A stretch of 64,000 bases of DNA, from assembly GCA_964016885.1 (NCBI GenBank), contig OZ024741.1, forward strand, positions 119,164,001 through 119,228,000. Reading direction: 5' to 3'. This document shows positions 48,631 to 63,444 of this stretch, piece after piece. The notes under the pieces were generated by a model, which worked only from the letters and a program-made list of their open reading frames with translations, was not told the origin of the DNA and did no database searches. Made by a program: the position numbers and the translations under genes. Numbering within the stretch: position 1 is the stretch's first letter; each line of letters starts with the position of its first letter. Origin of the DNA: Eledone cirrhosa (lineage: Eukaryota).

Positions 48631-49289
48631 TATGTGATATATGCAGACAGATGTTTGGAATAGCAACATTGAAAATAAGTCTACTCCATGTTACTAGGTT
48701 GTACTGCCTAAAATATTTATTATATAAAAATCTATTACCTAAAATGCTGTCTGAAGAAATATGTTAATAATTGTGTAATTGTATTATTATGTAATAAAAA
48801 CTGACATGATTGAAATGTGTATAACAGCAGATTACCTAATATAGGGAATTGTGGAAATCTAGCTTTCATATTCATTATTATTGTATATATGTGTATATAT
48901 GAATGATTGCTCCATTTCATTCTGGTATGGAGAAACAAGAGGCAACATCAACAATAGATCACAGTATCCTCTTACTAGAGCTTTCGCAATCGTTAATATA
49001 GTAAAAAGGGATGATGAGTCCTCAGATCCCTAAAGCAATGTGAAATTAAGCATCTTGCTCAAGGACACAAACAGTACATGTGTGTATATATATATATAGA
49101 TGTATAGTTGATAAATGAAACAAACAAAACACAGGAGGCAATTTTACACAGTTATATTGCTCATGGAAGTAGAGGAGGTTTTGACATTTTGCACAGAAGT
49201 CCTTCTTCAAGAAAACTCAGATAGGTAGAGAACATATACACGAAAGAGTAGTTAGGGAAGGAAATAATAAAAAAATAAAATAATGTGGG

Positions 49290-50920
49290 TGGGGGGTTAA
49301 AAGACCAGGTGGAGGGGGGTTTGACCTTGAAGGGATTTGAACTCACAATTCAAAGAACTAGAACAAATAGATTCTAACGATTTTACCAATCCACAACCCT
49401 AATAACTGTTTCTACTTTTGGCTCAAGGCCAGCAATTATCCCAGTACATTACCGGTGCTTTATTTTATCGACCTCGTAAGGATGAAAGGCAAAGTTAACC
49501 GCAGCGGGATTTGAACTCAGATCATAAAGGGCCGTAACTCTATGCTGCAAAGCATGGCGTCCGACCCTCTACCAATACTGCCAATCCACCGCCCTTCTGA
49601 TACTGCCAATCCACTGCCCTTTAATAATAATAATAGTTTCTAAGGAAAAAGGCCTCAATTTTTGGGGAAAGGGATCGATTAAATTAACTCCATTGTGTTA
49701 CAGGTACTTTATTTTATCAGCCCAGTAAGGATGAGAGGCAAAGCTAAGCTCAGCAGGATTTGAACTCAGAACGTAAAGAAATGTAACTATATGCTGCAAA
49801 GCATGTCCGACGTTCAACCAATACTGCTAATCCACCGTAGTGATTCTGCCAATCGACTAATAATAATGATTTTTACTATAGGCACAAGGCCATCAATTTT
49901 GGAGGTAGGGGAAAGTCAATTAAATCGACCCCCAGTGCATTAATGGTGCTTTATTTTATCGACATCATAGGGATGAAAGGCAAAGCTAACCTCGACAGGA
50001 TTTGAACTCAGATCAATTCACCAATAATAATTGTTTCTATTTTTGGCACAAGGCCAGCAAATTCCCAGTGCATTACCGGTACTTTATTTTATCGACCCCG
50101 TAAGGATGAAAGGCAAAGTTAACCTTGGCGGGATTTGAACTCAGAATGGCAAGGGCCGTAACTCTTTGCGTCAAAGCATGGCGTCCGGCCCTCTAATTCA
50201 CCAATAATAATGATCTCTAATTTAAGCCCAAGATCAACAATTTTGGGGGGGAGGCGAAAAATCAATTAAATCAATGCCAGTACTTTACTGCAACTTTATT
50301 TTATTGACCCAGGAAGGATGAAAGTCAAAATTGATCTTGGTGGGATTTGAAACCAGAACATGCTGTAATGAAATACTGCATTGCTTTTCATCTGATGCAC
50401 TAACCACCACCCTCAATAATAATGGTTTCTTATATAGACACAAGACCAGCATTTTGGGAGGAGGGGAAAGTCGATTAAATCGACCCCAGTGTGTGACTGG
50501 TACTTTATTTTACCGTAAGGATGAAAGGCAAAGTTAACCTTGGTGGAATTTGATCTCAGAACATAAAGGGACATAACTACATGCCAGAAATTATATTGTC
50601 TGACACTCTACCAATACTGCCATTGATGATAATAACAATAATAATAATAATGGTTTCTTATATAGGCACAAGGCCAGTAATTTGGGGGAAAGGGAAAGTC
50701 GATTAAATCGACCCCAGTGCGTGACTGGTACTTTATTTTATCGACCCCATAAGGATGAAAGGCAAAGTTAACCTCGGCGGGATTTGAGCTCAGATCATAA
50801 AGAGCCGTAACTCTATGCTGAAAAGCATGGCGTCCGACTCTCTACCGATACTGCCAATCCAATAATAATAATAACAATAATAATAATAATGATAATAATA
50901 ATAACAATAGAAATAATAAT
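49290..50920 (-). mobile_element. Cluster of ~8 head-to-tail tRNA-SINE copies
   Basis: Same SINE motifs, separated by (AAT)n. Confidence 0.88.
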
Positions 50921-51349
50921 CTTAAAAGAAAAGAAAAAACCAAAACAAACAGAAGCAGCAGCTCTGTTGTTGAATATTTAGTAATATAATTTGCAAGTAA
51001 ATGAGTCGTGTAGTTCTTTAAAGATCCATTCTGAGACAGAATTTGTATATGAAGAGAAATGACTGTGGTTCAAACACATGTAATCTAATCAGTTCAGTCT
51101 GTCTGGAGTGTTGGGGGCAGATATTTTACTACCAAATATATAAAAATGTGCAGAGCTTTCTTTTTTTTCTTCTCCTGAACTTGTAAACAAAAATGCCTAT
51201 GAAATATTGGCCAAGTTCCAGTATAATGGACATTTTCATACACTCCTATACTTCCTGCTGGTGCTAGAGAAATATAACTTTCTCTCACAACATATCAACA
51301 CTGAATACTAACTTTGAGCTAGTCTTTTACATTGATATATTGGATAACA

Positions 51350-51725
51350 GGAGCTGGAGGGAGGTAGGGAGGCAGGTGGATGGGTAAGTAGGTAGGTTGG
51401 ATTGTTGGTAAGGAAGTTGGCAGATAGGTGGGTGGGTGGGTGGGTAAGTAGGTTGGTAGGTAGGTTGGTTAGCAGGTAGGTGGGTAGGTTGGTTGGTTGG
51501 TAGGTTGGTGGGTGGGTAAGTAAGGAGGTTGGTAGGTAGGTCGCTGGGTGGGGAGGTAGGTTGGTGGGGAGGTAGGTTGTGGGTGGGTAGGTAGGTTGGT
51601 GGGTAGATAGGTAGGTAGGTTTAGGTAGTTGGTAAGTTGGTAATTAAGGAGGTAGGTAGATAGGTAGGTGAGTGGGCAGGCAGGTAGCTGGGTCGGTTGG
51701 TAGATATGTAGGTAGGTAGGTTGGG
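51350..51725. repeat. (GGTA)/(GGTG) G-rich tetranucleotide repeat
   Basis: Direct reading. Confidence 0.9.
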
Positions 51726-52071
51726 AGATTCGTAAGTTGTCAGATTAAAAAGCTACTGGTGAATTGGCAGAGATGTCTCTAGAAATAGTTATTTCTCCAC
51801 AGTTACTCATACATTCTGTTATTCAAACCTGTATGTCACCTGTAATTACATGTTTGAATAATATGTAACTATATTTTAGAAATCGATTATTAAAATATCA
51901 TTCTCATATTTAATTTTTTCCATGTGTCAGTAATCAACATAGACTATAGGGTTTCTCTAATGCAAACCATTAATTTATTAAAACACAAATTTCCCAGGTT
52001 GTATAATTGTTCATATATCAGTAATCCTGGTATATACGGCATACCAATCCTGGGCAGATATACGCAGACAC

Positions 52072-52127
<56 letters not shown>

Positions 52128-52557
52128 CAGTAAAAAATAAATGCACACATAACTTGTGTTACATAACACAAGCAGTCAAATACATTGTTACCTCATCAGC
52201 CACCTGGCTGGCAGTGCAGTTTCAAGCATTAAGGTGGTACTGCACTTGTAATGCTAGTTTGCCTGCTCTGGTGGTGTGATGCATATGAGACAGTAACAAA
52301 ACAAACAATAGATAGAAAAATGTATGGTCATTTTTTTTAACAGAGGAGATAAATACGTGAAAAATTACAATTAGGATTATATGGCTAACAGACTGTGCAT
52401 GTAAATGTGCAACACAAGATACAAGAAGCAGGGAAAAATTAACTTTTGTGGATGAAATGTGGTGGAGTAGAGAGCAGAGAAATTATGTCCACTGCTTACC
52501 AGTGCTACCAATGGAAAGACCAAATAAATAGCCTGGTAACAGAAGGAGGAAGCAGTA

Positions 52558-52593
<36 letters not shown>

Positions 52594-52696
52594 ATGAAGA
52601 AATAGAGGAAGTGGGGGTCAACCAAGTAAAAACATAGTTTATCAAAATAGGTGCATGTTGGTCTGGATGTATATAAATATAGTATCAGCAGGTAAT

Positions 52697-52736
<40 letters not shown>

Positions 52737-52739
<3 letters not shown>

Positions 52740-53186
52740 GGGAGACCCAAGATGACTTGGGATGAGGTGATAAAAGCCGACCTTACCCAACTACACCTCT
52801 CAAAGTCAATGACACACGACCGTGACTTCTGGCGTCACGCAGTAATACAGGGTACCCGACCTCCCATGGGTACATGCTGAAGCATATAAACAATATGCCC
52901 CCACTCCCCCCACCGCAAGGTGGTCGTGGAGGTGCCACGGCAAAAAAGCACCCAGCCCACACTGTAAAGTGGACGTGTAGGCGCCACGAAAACGCACCCA
53001 GCACTCACTGTAAATGAGGTTGGTGTTAGGAAGGGCATCCAGCTGTAGAAATCAAGCCAGATCAGTTCCTGTATGAGCAAGGCATGGTCAGCCGACCAGA
53101 CACTGCCCACAACAGGACAACCCGTCTAACCCATGCTAGCGTGGAAGAACGGACGTAAAACGGTGATGATGATGATGATGATGATA
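52737..53186 (+). mobile_element. 5'-truncated RTE 3' end (GRPKMTWDE + 3'UTR + (GAT)n) in (TA)n
   Basis: GGGAGACCCAAGATGACTTGGGATGAG; TTAGGAAGGGCATCCAGC; flanked by TA on both sides. Confidence 0.85.
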
Positions 53187-54174
53187 TATATATATATATA
53201 TACACATACAAGGAGTTAAACAGCCAGATGAAGCAATAACAGAATCTTTGAAGTCACACCCACCTTTCTCTTTGGAATATATATATATATATATATATAT
53301 ATATCATTATTGTTTAATGTGTTTTCCTTGCTAGCAAGAGTTCTCACTAGCAGAGAAAACAGACGTTAAATGATTATATATATATATATATATATAGCAT
53401 ATGCACTGTTTGTTAGATATTTAAGACATTTCCACCTGGAGTGGTGATTAACTTTACCTGGGTACACGGTAACTGTAAACCTTTTGTTTCTAAATCTTAC
53501 CAGTCTCTACAGGTGTTAGCTAAACTTGGCAACAGTTTGTACTGTAATTACAGCACACACATACGTACACATACGCACATCTTGCAATGCTTAAAAGATC
53601 AAGATAGTAATGATAAACTATCACGTTAAATGCCTTTAACTATTTAGGATTTCTTCAGTTTTTTTTAGTGGTGGTGGTGATGGTGGTGGTGGGGTTTTCA
53701 TGTTCTGAGTACAAACCTGTCATCACTTCTCTCTTTCCTCTTTCAGTGGCTGATAAAAATAACAATAAGTACCAGTAATATAACAGGATTAAATTCATCA
53801 CTAAGTATGAGCAGTTTATTGTAATTCTTTGACAAAACAGACAAGGTGTGTGTGTATATCATCATCATTAAACTCATCTAACCCATGCAGTGTGGGAAAT
53901 GGGCGTTAAACAATTAAGATGATATATATATATATGTACACACACCAGCATACCTGATAACTTTCATCCACACTTGCCTGCCCTCACCCATCCTGATAAA
54001 TCTTTTTTTAATTTATTATCTTCAACCGTCCAACCTCCTCTTTCTCCAAACTTTACTCTTTCCCGATGAAGGACTAACATCTGATATGTTGAGACATTCT
54101 TTTTCCTTTTCCCACAAGTGTGAAACTAGTAAGACTTGGTGTAATTGTTCTCTGTGTTTGCCTTTTTTAATCCT

Positions 54175-54234
<60 letters not shown>

Positions 54235-54392
54235 CTAGTGGTGAAGATGGACGTTAAAAACAATGATGATATGTGTATATATACATATAATGCATCAAAA
54301 CTATAGTGATTTCCAGAGGTTGACTGAAGAGAAAGTAGTGTTCGTTTATACATATCATCATCATTTTAATGTGATGTGTGTGTGTGTATCTG

Positions 54393-54428
<36 letters not shown>

Positions 54429-54497
54429 TTCATTTTCTCGTGTTTCTCATCTTCTCTCACCCTCTCCCATCCATTACTCTATAATATAGTTAACACT

Positions 54498-54680
54498 AAC
54501 CACCAACACCATCACAACAACTGCACATCTGCATCATTACCACCACCAACACCATCACCACAACTGCACATCTGCATCATTACCACCACCAACACCATCA
54601 CCACAACTGCACATCTGCATCATTACCACCACCAACACCATCACCACAACTGCACATCTGCATCATTACCACCACCAATA
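54498..54680. repeat. 43-bp minisatellite, ~4 copies
   Basis: ACCAACACCATCACCACAACTGCACATCTGCATCATTACCACC repeated. Confidence 0.9.
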
Positions 54681-55054
54681 CCACCAGAACTAACACCATC
54701 ACCACTACTACTCTACAGTATTTTTGTCATTAGTAATCAACAGTTTCAGATGAATCCCTCTACTGGTATTTAATAAGCCACCAACAGTAGCAGCAACAGA
54801 CACTATAGAAACAAGATCTTACAAGCCAAAGAAACAGGTGATTCTTGAATCTCAGGCCATTTTCTCTACTGTCAGATTCTGTCATTTTTCTTTAATTGGA
54901 TCCAATGATTTATGGCAATTTGGAAATAAGGAACAGCTAAACTGTCTCTGAATGTCACAGACGTATAGATTAATTCTTTAAACATCAACCCACCTGAAAC
55001 AGATATCAGATTTGAGGAGTTAAATATTTGTCTTTTATTATCAACCTGGAAGTT

Positions 55055-55274
55055 AAGGGCAGTGGATTAGCAGAATTAATAGAGCATCAGATAATATGCT
55101 TTATAGCATATAGTTATAATACTTTACATTCTGAGTTCAAATCCTGCCAAGGTTAGCTTTGCCAACCTTACAAGGTTGATAAAATAAAGTACCAGTAACA
55201 CACAGGGGTCAGTTTAAGCAACACTCCAGTCCCCTTCACAATTGCTGGCTATGTGTCAAAAGTAGAAACAATTA
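55055..55274 (+). mobile_element. tRNA-SINE copy whose tail is interrupted by the transposon
   Basis: Standard SINE motifs ending GTAGAAACAATTA. Confidence 0.75.
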
Positions 55275-56440
55275 AACTGGTCAACAAAATTTTGCTTTTT
55301 TTCTGCTGACCTAAGTTTGAGACCTATGCTTGACTAATTTGGGGCTACTTTTTTTTTCTATCACGTGATGTGGTGGGACTGTTAAAAGAGATGGGTGCTC
55401 TACAGTATGATCCTCATGAATGGAGACTCTTTATAGATAGTTCAAAGAAGAGTCTAAAATGTGTATTACACCATAATAGAAGCTTGATAGGTGCAATTCC
55501 TATTGATTACTCTGTGCACTTAAAAGAGAAGCATGAAAACATAAGAATTGTATTAGATTTACTCAAGTATGATAAACACAAATGGGACATCTGTATGGAT
55601 CTGAAAATGGTCAACTTTTTACTTGGCCAACAAGGAGGGTATACAAAATACCCGTGTTTCCTGTGTTTATTGGATAGCCAAGCAAAAGACAAACATTAGG
55701 AACAGAAATACTGGCCAGTTAGAAATAGTTTGACTGCTGGGAAGAAGAATATCATACACCAACCACTTGTTGGGCAGGAGAAAATCATCTTCCCACCCCT
55801 TCATATTAAACTAGGACTAATGAAGTAGTTTGTCAAAGCTCTTAATGTGGAGGGTGGCTGTTTCAAATTCATATGTACAACATTTCCTGGCCTAAGTTAT
55901 GATAAAGGTTGGTGTTTTTGACTGGACACAAATCAGAAAGTTAACGAAATGCCAAAACTTCTCAAGCTCAATGACTGATGTAGAAATAAAAGGCATGGGA
56001 TTCATGAACACACATATGACGGCAGACTACTGTTAGAATATTCAAAGAGACTGTGTAGACATGTAACACTCCAGGCGCCCTCAAAGCAAAAATTTGTTCC
56101 ATGAATGTGTTGGTTAGTGTACGATTGTTTGTGCTTTACCCATTTTATTTGAGAATTAATAGATATATCTAATAAAAGGTGATGTTATCTTATATTTCAT
56201 CTATCATATCAGATTCTATTGACATTATAACTTATGGTTTCAAGCTATAAAACTTAGAAATCCATCCTAATAAATTATATTATTCATACAGTGCATAATA
56301 AAATGTGCATAATAAAATGTGCTATAGAATGAAAACCTGACGTGTTAGGGAAAAGTAGATGCCATATTTGAAATCAGCACCTCAAAATTAGCTAAACAAA
56401 ACAATAAAACCTAAGTCAACAAAAAGTGTGTTGACCAGTG
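55275..56440 (+). mobile_element. Chapaev3-like (CMC) DNA transposon, internally deleted, transposase pseudogene
   Basis: TIRs (a)ACTGGTCAACA / TGTTGACCAGTG with a TTA duplication. Translation EWRLFIDSSKKSLKCVL..DLKMVNFLLGQQGGYTKYPCFLC..D; PPLHIKLGLMK*FVKAL; contains stops. Confidence 0.85.
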
Positions 56441-57089
56441 TTATTAGTTAGTGGTGGTAGTAAGAGGGAGAATAGGATAATGAGGTGGGGGAGAGTAATG
56501 CTAATGAAGATTTGGATATAAAGTTAGCAAAATATCAGTAGCAGCAGCAGCAGCAATACTAGCCACAATATCAAAAGCAGCAATACCAACACATTGATAA
56601 AATAAAGTACCAGTAACGCAGTGGAGTTGGTTTAATCAATTTTCCCCTCCCCTTCAAATCACTGGCCTTGAGCTAAATCTAGAAATAATTATTATCCTGG
56701 AAGTTAAGGGCAATGGATTGACAGAATCGGGAAAGCATCTAAATTCAAATCCTGCTAAGGTTAACTTTGCCTTTTATCCTTCTGGGGTTGAGAAAATAAA
56801 GTACCAGTCAAATACTGAGTTCGATATAATTGACATGTGTCAATGTTACGAAGGATTATTGTGTTGAAAATTGAGGGTAATGGGTTGGTAGAATTATAAG
56901 AGCTTTGAAAAAGATGGTATGCACTATTTAGTTACAACTTTATACATTCTGAGTTCCACAATTTGGAAGATATGGATTCAAATATGGTTTGCAATAATAA
57001 CAACAGCAAAAAAGTTGAAATAAGATAAAATTTTAAAATATAATTTGATATTTAGTGCTTTAATAGATATTTAGTGCTTGAAAATACAA

Positions 57090-57775
57090 GCGACTGGAAT
57101 GGGATTCCTCCAAATGGTCTTTGGAGTAATGTTACTCGATAAAATGCATAGTTCAGAGATCAGAGATTAACTTCAGGTAGAGCCACTACTTCTCCAAATT
57201 GAAAGATCACAGTTCCAATACTATGGGCATCTGCTTAGACTGTCTCAGGAAAGAATCACTGGACAGATTTTACGGGCAAAACCAACCCGGCAGGAGACCC
57301 AGGGGTAGACCCCGAGCAAGATGGTTGGATAACATCCATGAGCTTGGCTGGTCTCACTTGGGGATCCAGCCAGATCTGTTGGAGACGGTTACTTCTGACA
57401 AGACTTGCTGGAACGAGTGTTTGAGGACACTGCCTCCATGACCCTCTCAGGAATAAGTGGGTGAAGAACAAGAAGTCTGAATTCAGTTACCAATTGTCAA
57501 GGTTTGCTCCATACTGAACTCTCTCTGGGGCTTCAAGATAAATAACCTTGTCTTAGAAAAAAAATCGCTGGACATATTTTATGAGAAAAACAAACTGGCA
57601 GGAGACCCAGGGATAGACTCCATGCAAGATGGTTGGAGAACATCCATGAGCTCGGCTGGTCTCGGGGATCCAGCCAGATCAATTGGAGACGGTTGCTTCT
57701 GACAGGATCTGCTGGGAGGCATGCTTAAAGACCCTGCCCCCACATTGCTACCAGGAATAAGAGAACAAAAAAGAA
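57090..57775 (+). mobile_element. Two RTE (Expander-like) 3' fragments in tandem
   Basis: PGRRPRGRPRARWLDNIHELGWSHLGIQP. A further inverted fragment lies at ~58640-58830. Confidence 0.7.
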
Positions 57776-59745
57776 GGCAAAATCACACACAATGTAATGA
57801 CAAACAGGAAACAAAGCTAGCATTACCCTTATACACACACATATGCTAAACATAAACACACACTACACACACATACATATACTAAACATATACACTACAC
57901 ACACAACATACACACATTACACACGCACACATTACACACACCCACACTACACATACACACACCCACCTAATACATACTACACAAGCCCACACATATATAG
58001 AGTGTTAGTTTAAGTCCCACACCACATTGCATGTTCACATACACAAACACCCACCCTCATGTTACACACATTCACACCTCCACATGTTATGTACACACAG
58101 CCACAGGTTACACACACTCAGAATATATACACACATTCACATGTTACACACCACCACACATATACAGACTATTAGTTTAAGCCCCCCCCCCCCCCCCACA
58201 CACACACACAACCCAGCACATTGCATGTTGCTATAGGTCAGCAATAAATGACAGTTGTAAGATGGTAATCAATTGCTGTGATGTGAAGTCAAATAGTATC
58301 ACAATATATACAGAGAGATAGTAAGATAGATATATAGATAAATTGTGGAGATAATGGACTTTTTACGTAATTGATGCTGAACAAGTACTTAGAATAAGAT
58401 AGCCTAGAAGTAGTATTGGTGGTATTAGTAGTAGAAGATGACTAAAATTACCAAGAAAGAAATAGGACCAAAACTACTTTTTAGCGTGTTAGGTATGAAA
58501 AAATGAATTTTAAATAAAAATAGAAAGTTGTTCTGATAATAAAGAATGAAAAGTAACATATAGGGACACCTCATTTATATATTAATATAAAACCTATTAG
58601 AATCACAAGTAGCCAAGTTTTTGATAAAGTGTGAGCTGACCCCTTCTTCTTCCACTTATTCCTGGGAGGATCATTGTGGCAGAGTCCTGAAATCCACCAA
58701 GTCCAGTCAGAAGCAATTGTCTCCAATTAATTCAGCTGGATCCCCAAGCAAGACCAGTCAAACTCATGGATGTAATCCAACCATCTTGCTTGGGGTCTAC
58801 CCCTGGGTCTCCTGCCAGTTGGTTTTGCCAAAATAATTATTATGTCTAATCACATGACTGTCACCAACAAATAAAATGGCAAATAGCAATTCTAAGCCAC
58901 TTTTTCTGATGCAAAAATGACTGTACCTAATCACGTGACTGTCACCAACCAACCAACCAAATTATATTTTAAACAAATAGCAATTTGAGCCACTTTTTTT
59001 GTATGAAACAGAAATAATTTCAAACTCCAACTACATGTGAGACACACCACAACTGAAAAGCAAACCCTCCATCTCAATTTTACTTTTGAAAATCATAAGA
59101 ACTGTGAAACCGGTAAAGTAATTAAATATTCTTAAAAGACTCCAGTTGCATTTTCAATTTCTTTTCCTTATATTTTTACCCATATGGGACGTTTAAAAAA
59201 CTTTGCTTTCTTATATATATAAGAGAGAATGAGAAATATATGCAGAAATATCAACACAAACATATACACAAATCAAAAACCCCTTATGTACATGATTCTA
59301 TTTTTTTTTAAACATTTCTCTAGTCAATTATTATTGATTAAGATTTTGGAAGTATTTTTTACTATTTTTATCTGTCTTATTGCAGTATTTTTCATGTCAT
59401 TGAATATATATTATAATTTGATCTTGAAGGACTAAAATCACAATAAGACTCTCTACATAATTGTCTTCATTTATATGAATATAATGGTGGTGGTGATGGT
59501 GAGACTGATGATGGTGGTGTTGATCAAAGTAGTGGTGGTAGAGGAGATGGTAGTGGTGGTAGAGGAGATGATGGTGGTGATTGTGATGCTGGTAATGGAG
59601 GTGGCAATGAAGGCGGCAGTGGTAGTGATGGTGGTGGTGGTGATGAAGGTGGTAGTGGTGGTGTTAATGGTATTGATGATGATAATGATGGCAATAACCC
59701 ATCATTTAAAGAGAATGATATATATATATATATATATACATACAT

Positions 59746-59834
<89 letters not shown>

Positions 59835-60239
59835 CATACATACATACATATATATATATACTGTGGTACAAATTTTGTATAAATATCCAAAGGTTTAGAG
59901 CACTCAGACTATAGAATGAGTTAAGTATAATTAGTTACAACAGTGACATATACAGGTACTTAAGTTTCATTAGGTTTTTCACCCTAACTCGTTCAGCCTG
60001 TCATAAGATTAAAAATGGCTTCCCACCATGGAGAATTTAGGAAGTATAGGAGAGTTCTAAGGGTAGGTAATCCTTAAATTATCTATAAATAGATAAATCC
60101 CTTGAATAACGTAAATGAAACTTACCAGCAGATTCATATAGACAAGTGTACAATTGGCAACCTGCTTTAATCTGTTGAGCACTATATATCCAAGCACATG
60201 ACACAATGTGATATAACAGGCTGAAAGTACCTGTCATTA

Positions 60240-60490
60240 ATAGTTGATCAACAAAATCCCAGACCTCATTCACTTAATGAGTGCGGTGGTGCTTGTCAAA
60301 TTGAACCGAGGAAACAATGTTTCCATTGGTCTTTCCAATTGCTAATACTATCTGTCGGTCACAACTCCAGGCAGAAGGAGCAACGTGAAATAAAATGTCT
60401 TGCTCAAGGACATAACGCATTGCCCTGTCCAGGAATTGAACTCACAACCTCACGATTGTGAATCCAATTCTCTAATCACTCAGCCATGTA
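60240..60490 (-). mobile_element. tRNA-derived CORE-like SINE
   Basis: Reverse complement TGGCTGAGTGATTAGAG...GAGTTCAATTCCTGG...GTCCTTGAGCAAGACATTT. Confidence 0.7.
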
Positions 60491-61279
60491 TATACATAGT
60501 CTGTGGTACCAATACTGGGGAGTATAATAGAAATATTGTTATGATAATAGATAGTTTATAAAAGAGCCTTCGAAATAAAATCTCTAGAACATGAAGCTCT
60601 ATGAATTGGAGGATATGTAGCATCAGTTGTATATTTATGTGTGAATGTGGGTGTATGTGCGTATGTGTGAATGTGGGTGGGTGTATATGCATGTATGTAT
60701 ACCTGTGTATGAGTATATATAAATTCATTTTATCATAGAAATGACTTCTAACCCAATCCCGTCTAACCCATGCTAGCGTGGAAGATGGATGTTAAACGAT
60801 GATGATGATGATTTCTACAGGACTAGAACTGTTTAATTTGTAAGGAGTCATCATGAAAGTCTATATATACATATATATATATATAATGTGGTGGTGGTGC
60901 ATGCATATGTATGTCTATATGTGTGTGTGCATGTGTGTATATGTGTAAGTGTGGGTGTATGCATGATTACGTGTATATGATTGTGTCACTGTATTTTTTT
61001 GGTTGTGAAATACATCTCACATTCAAATATACCATACCTCGCTCAAATACACACATATAAGCACAAACATAGACACAAAAACACACACAAAAAGAAAACT
61101 AACACACAAATAAGCACACACATGGAAACACATTAACATGCACACAGCAAAAACTACTTGACGCCACATTTCACTTGTGTAGTATCAATTCTATTCCTGC
61201 AAGTCTCAGATACTTCTAGAATTATCTCAATCCCACTTTCATGTCTGTTAATGCAACTGCGTCATTATTATTCCATAAT

Positions 61280-62425
61280 AATTCCTTACGGGGTCGATAA
61301 AATAAAGTACCAGTAATGCACTGAGTAATTGCTAGCCTTGTGCCTAAAGTAGAAACAATTATTATTCCATAATGTGTCTTCTCCCCCATCCCCCTCTTTT
61401 CTCTCCATTTTACAGAATATAATACAAATATTATTATCATTATTATTATTAGCCTTATTTTTATTACCCATCATCATTACATTACTGAGTGCAGCTCTGT
61501 GTGCCTTGGGCATATGCAGTGTGGTCTTTGGCGGTGTTGTTTCTATTGTGTTGAGAATACTCTTCATAATATGTGTTCAGTGTCTATTATTATTATTATT
61601 ATTGGGCGGTGGATTAGCAGTATCGGTAGGGGGTCGGTCGCCATGCTTTGAAGCATAGAGTTACGGCCCTTTATGGTCTGAGTTCAAATCCCGCCGAGGT
61701 TAACTTTGCCTTTCATCCTTACAGGGTCGATAAAATAAAGTACCAGTAATACACTGGGATAATTGCTGGTCTTGTGCCAAATGTAGAAACAATTATTATT
61801 GTTAGGGCGGTGGATTGGCAGTATTGGTAGAGCATCAGACACCATGCTTTGCAGCATAGAGTTATGGTCCTTTACAGTCTGAGTTCTAATCCTGCCACGG
61901 TTAACTTTGTCTTTCACCCTTACAGAGTCAATAAAATAAAGCACCAGTAATGTCATGGGGTTGATTTAATCGACATTCCCCTCCCACCAACAGAGAATGT
62001 CTGTCTGTCCGACTCCCTAAAACTCGAGAACCACCCAACCGATTGTTTTCAAACTTTACACATGTAATACTTATGGTCCTGTGAGTGTTTTGATAAAAAA
62101 TATTTCAAATTTTCACATTACGCGATTTAGTGATCTCTCTCTCTATATAATTCTTAGTCTTTCTTTTTAGATAGATACATAGATATAAAGTTGTGCCCTT
62201 ATATAATATCTGTCTGTATGTCTGGCTGTCTGCATTACGACATTATGACGTCACTATCTGTTTGTGTGTGTGTGTGTGTGTATATAGTATGTGTATATAT
62301 ATATATATATATAGTGTGTAACGTTTTTCGAAATATTTACTTCTGCGTTCACAGATTGACTTTAGTTTCAGAAGATCCCGTTAAGGGTGAAAGCAGCGAT
62401 TCTTTGCTTAAACTTTAGTCTGTTA

Positions 62426-62462
<37 letters not shown>

Positions 62463-63255
62463 TTAGATATTTTTGCATACACAATAACAAAATATAAACA
62501 AACGTATTTATTTCATGAGGCTCGATAAGGATAAAGAAATATCAAATATATAAGAACCCTAGAGCAAATCCCAAGCAACATCAGGCCATTCTGCTAGTTA
62601 TTATTATTTTTGGATTGGCAGTATCGGTAGAGGGTCGGACGCCATGCTTTGCAGCAAAGAGTTACGTCCCTTTACGATCTGAGTTCAAATCCCGCCGAGG
62701 TTGACTTTGCCTTTCATCCTTACGGGGTAGATAAAATAAAGTACCAGTAATGCACCGAGTAATTGCTGGCCTTGTGCCAATAATAGAAACAATTATTATC
62801 TTTATTATCATCATTATTATTATTAAGGGCAGTGGATTGGCAGAATCAGTAGAGCATTGGATAACATGCTTTACAACATTTAAAGATGGCATTTTATATT
62901 CTAAGTTCGAATCCCACCTAGTTTAACTTTGCCTTTCATCCTTGCGGGGTCGATAAAATAAATACCAGTAATGCACTGGAGTTTATTTAATCAACTTTCC
63001 CTTCCCCAATTATTGTTAGCTTTAGGCCTAAATCAGAAACCATTATTATTTCTTTTATTGGTGGTAGATTGGCAGTATCGGTAGAGGGTCGAACGCCATG
63101 CTTTGACGCATAGAGTTGCGGCCCTTGCCATACTGAGTTCAAATCCCGCCGAGGTTAACTTTGCCTTTCATCCTTACGGGGTTTATAAAATAAAGTACCA
63201 GTAATGCACTGGGATAATTGCTGGCCTTGTGCCAATAGTAGAAACAATTATTATT
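61280..63255 (+). mobile_element. Cluster of ~6 tRNA-SINE copies (plus orientation)
   Basis: GGCGGTGGATTGGCAGTATCGGTAGAG...GAGTTCAAATCCCGCCGAGG...(ATT)n at ~61604, 61805, 62610, 62827, 63060. Confidence 0.88.
61995..62130 (+). mobile_element. Possible non-autonomous Helitron/DINE-like fragment
   Basis: TGTCTGTCTGTCCG...AACTCGAGAACCACCCAACCGATTGTTTTCAAACTTTACAC resembles the 5' part of such elements. Confidence 0.4.
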
Positions 63256-63444
63256 TCTTTTATTGGCCACAAGCACCCATGACAGGGACATTTGAACTCT
63301 CAGACTGTAGTTCTGACTCAAATGATTGCAAGAGAATTGGCTCTGATAAAAGCACACGGAGACCAATTGTTGGTGTGAAACCAGGTGACAGATTAAATGT
63401 ATCACCTAAGAAGAGAAATGGTTCTTCAACAGTCTTCCTTTAAC

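Noticed and set aside
49172-49215. Decayed HHR-like motifs (also 54062-54095 plus and 48975-49028 minus)
   Set aside because: Core positions are mutated or helix pairing is poor; they may be PLE fossils but cannot be supported by eye.
52150-52205. CTGATGAG on the minus strand as a hammerhead
   Set aside because: No helix II or GAAA follows.
61604-61700. tRNA genes
   Set aside because: A/B-box-like heads belong to multi-copy SINEs; no cloverleaf.
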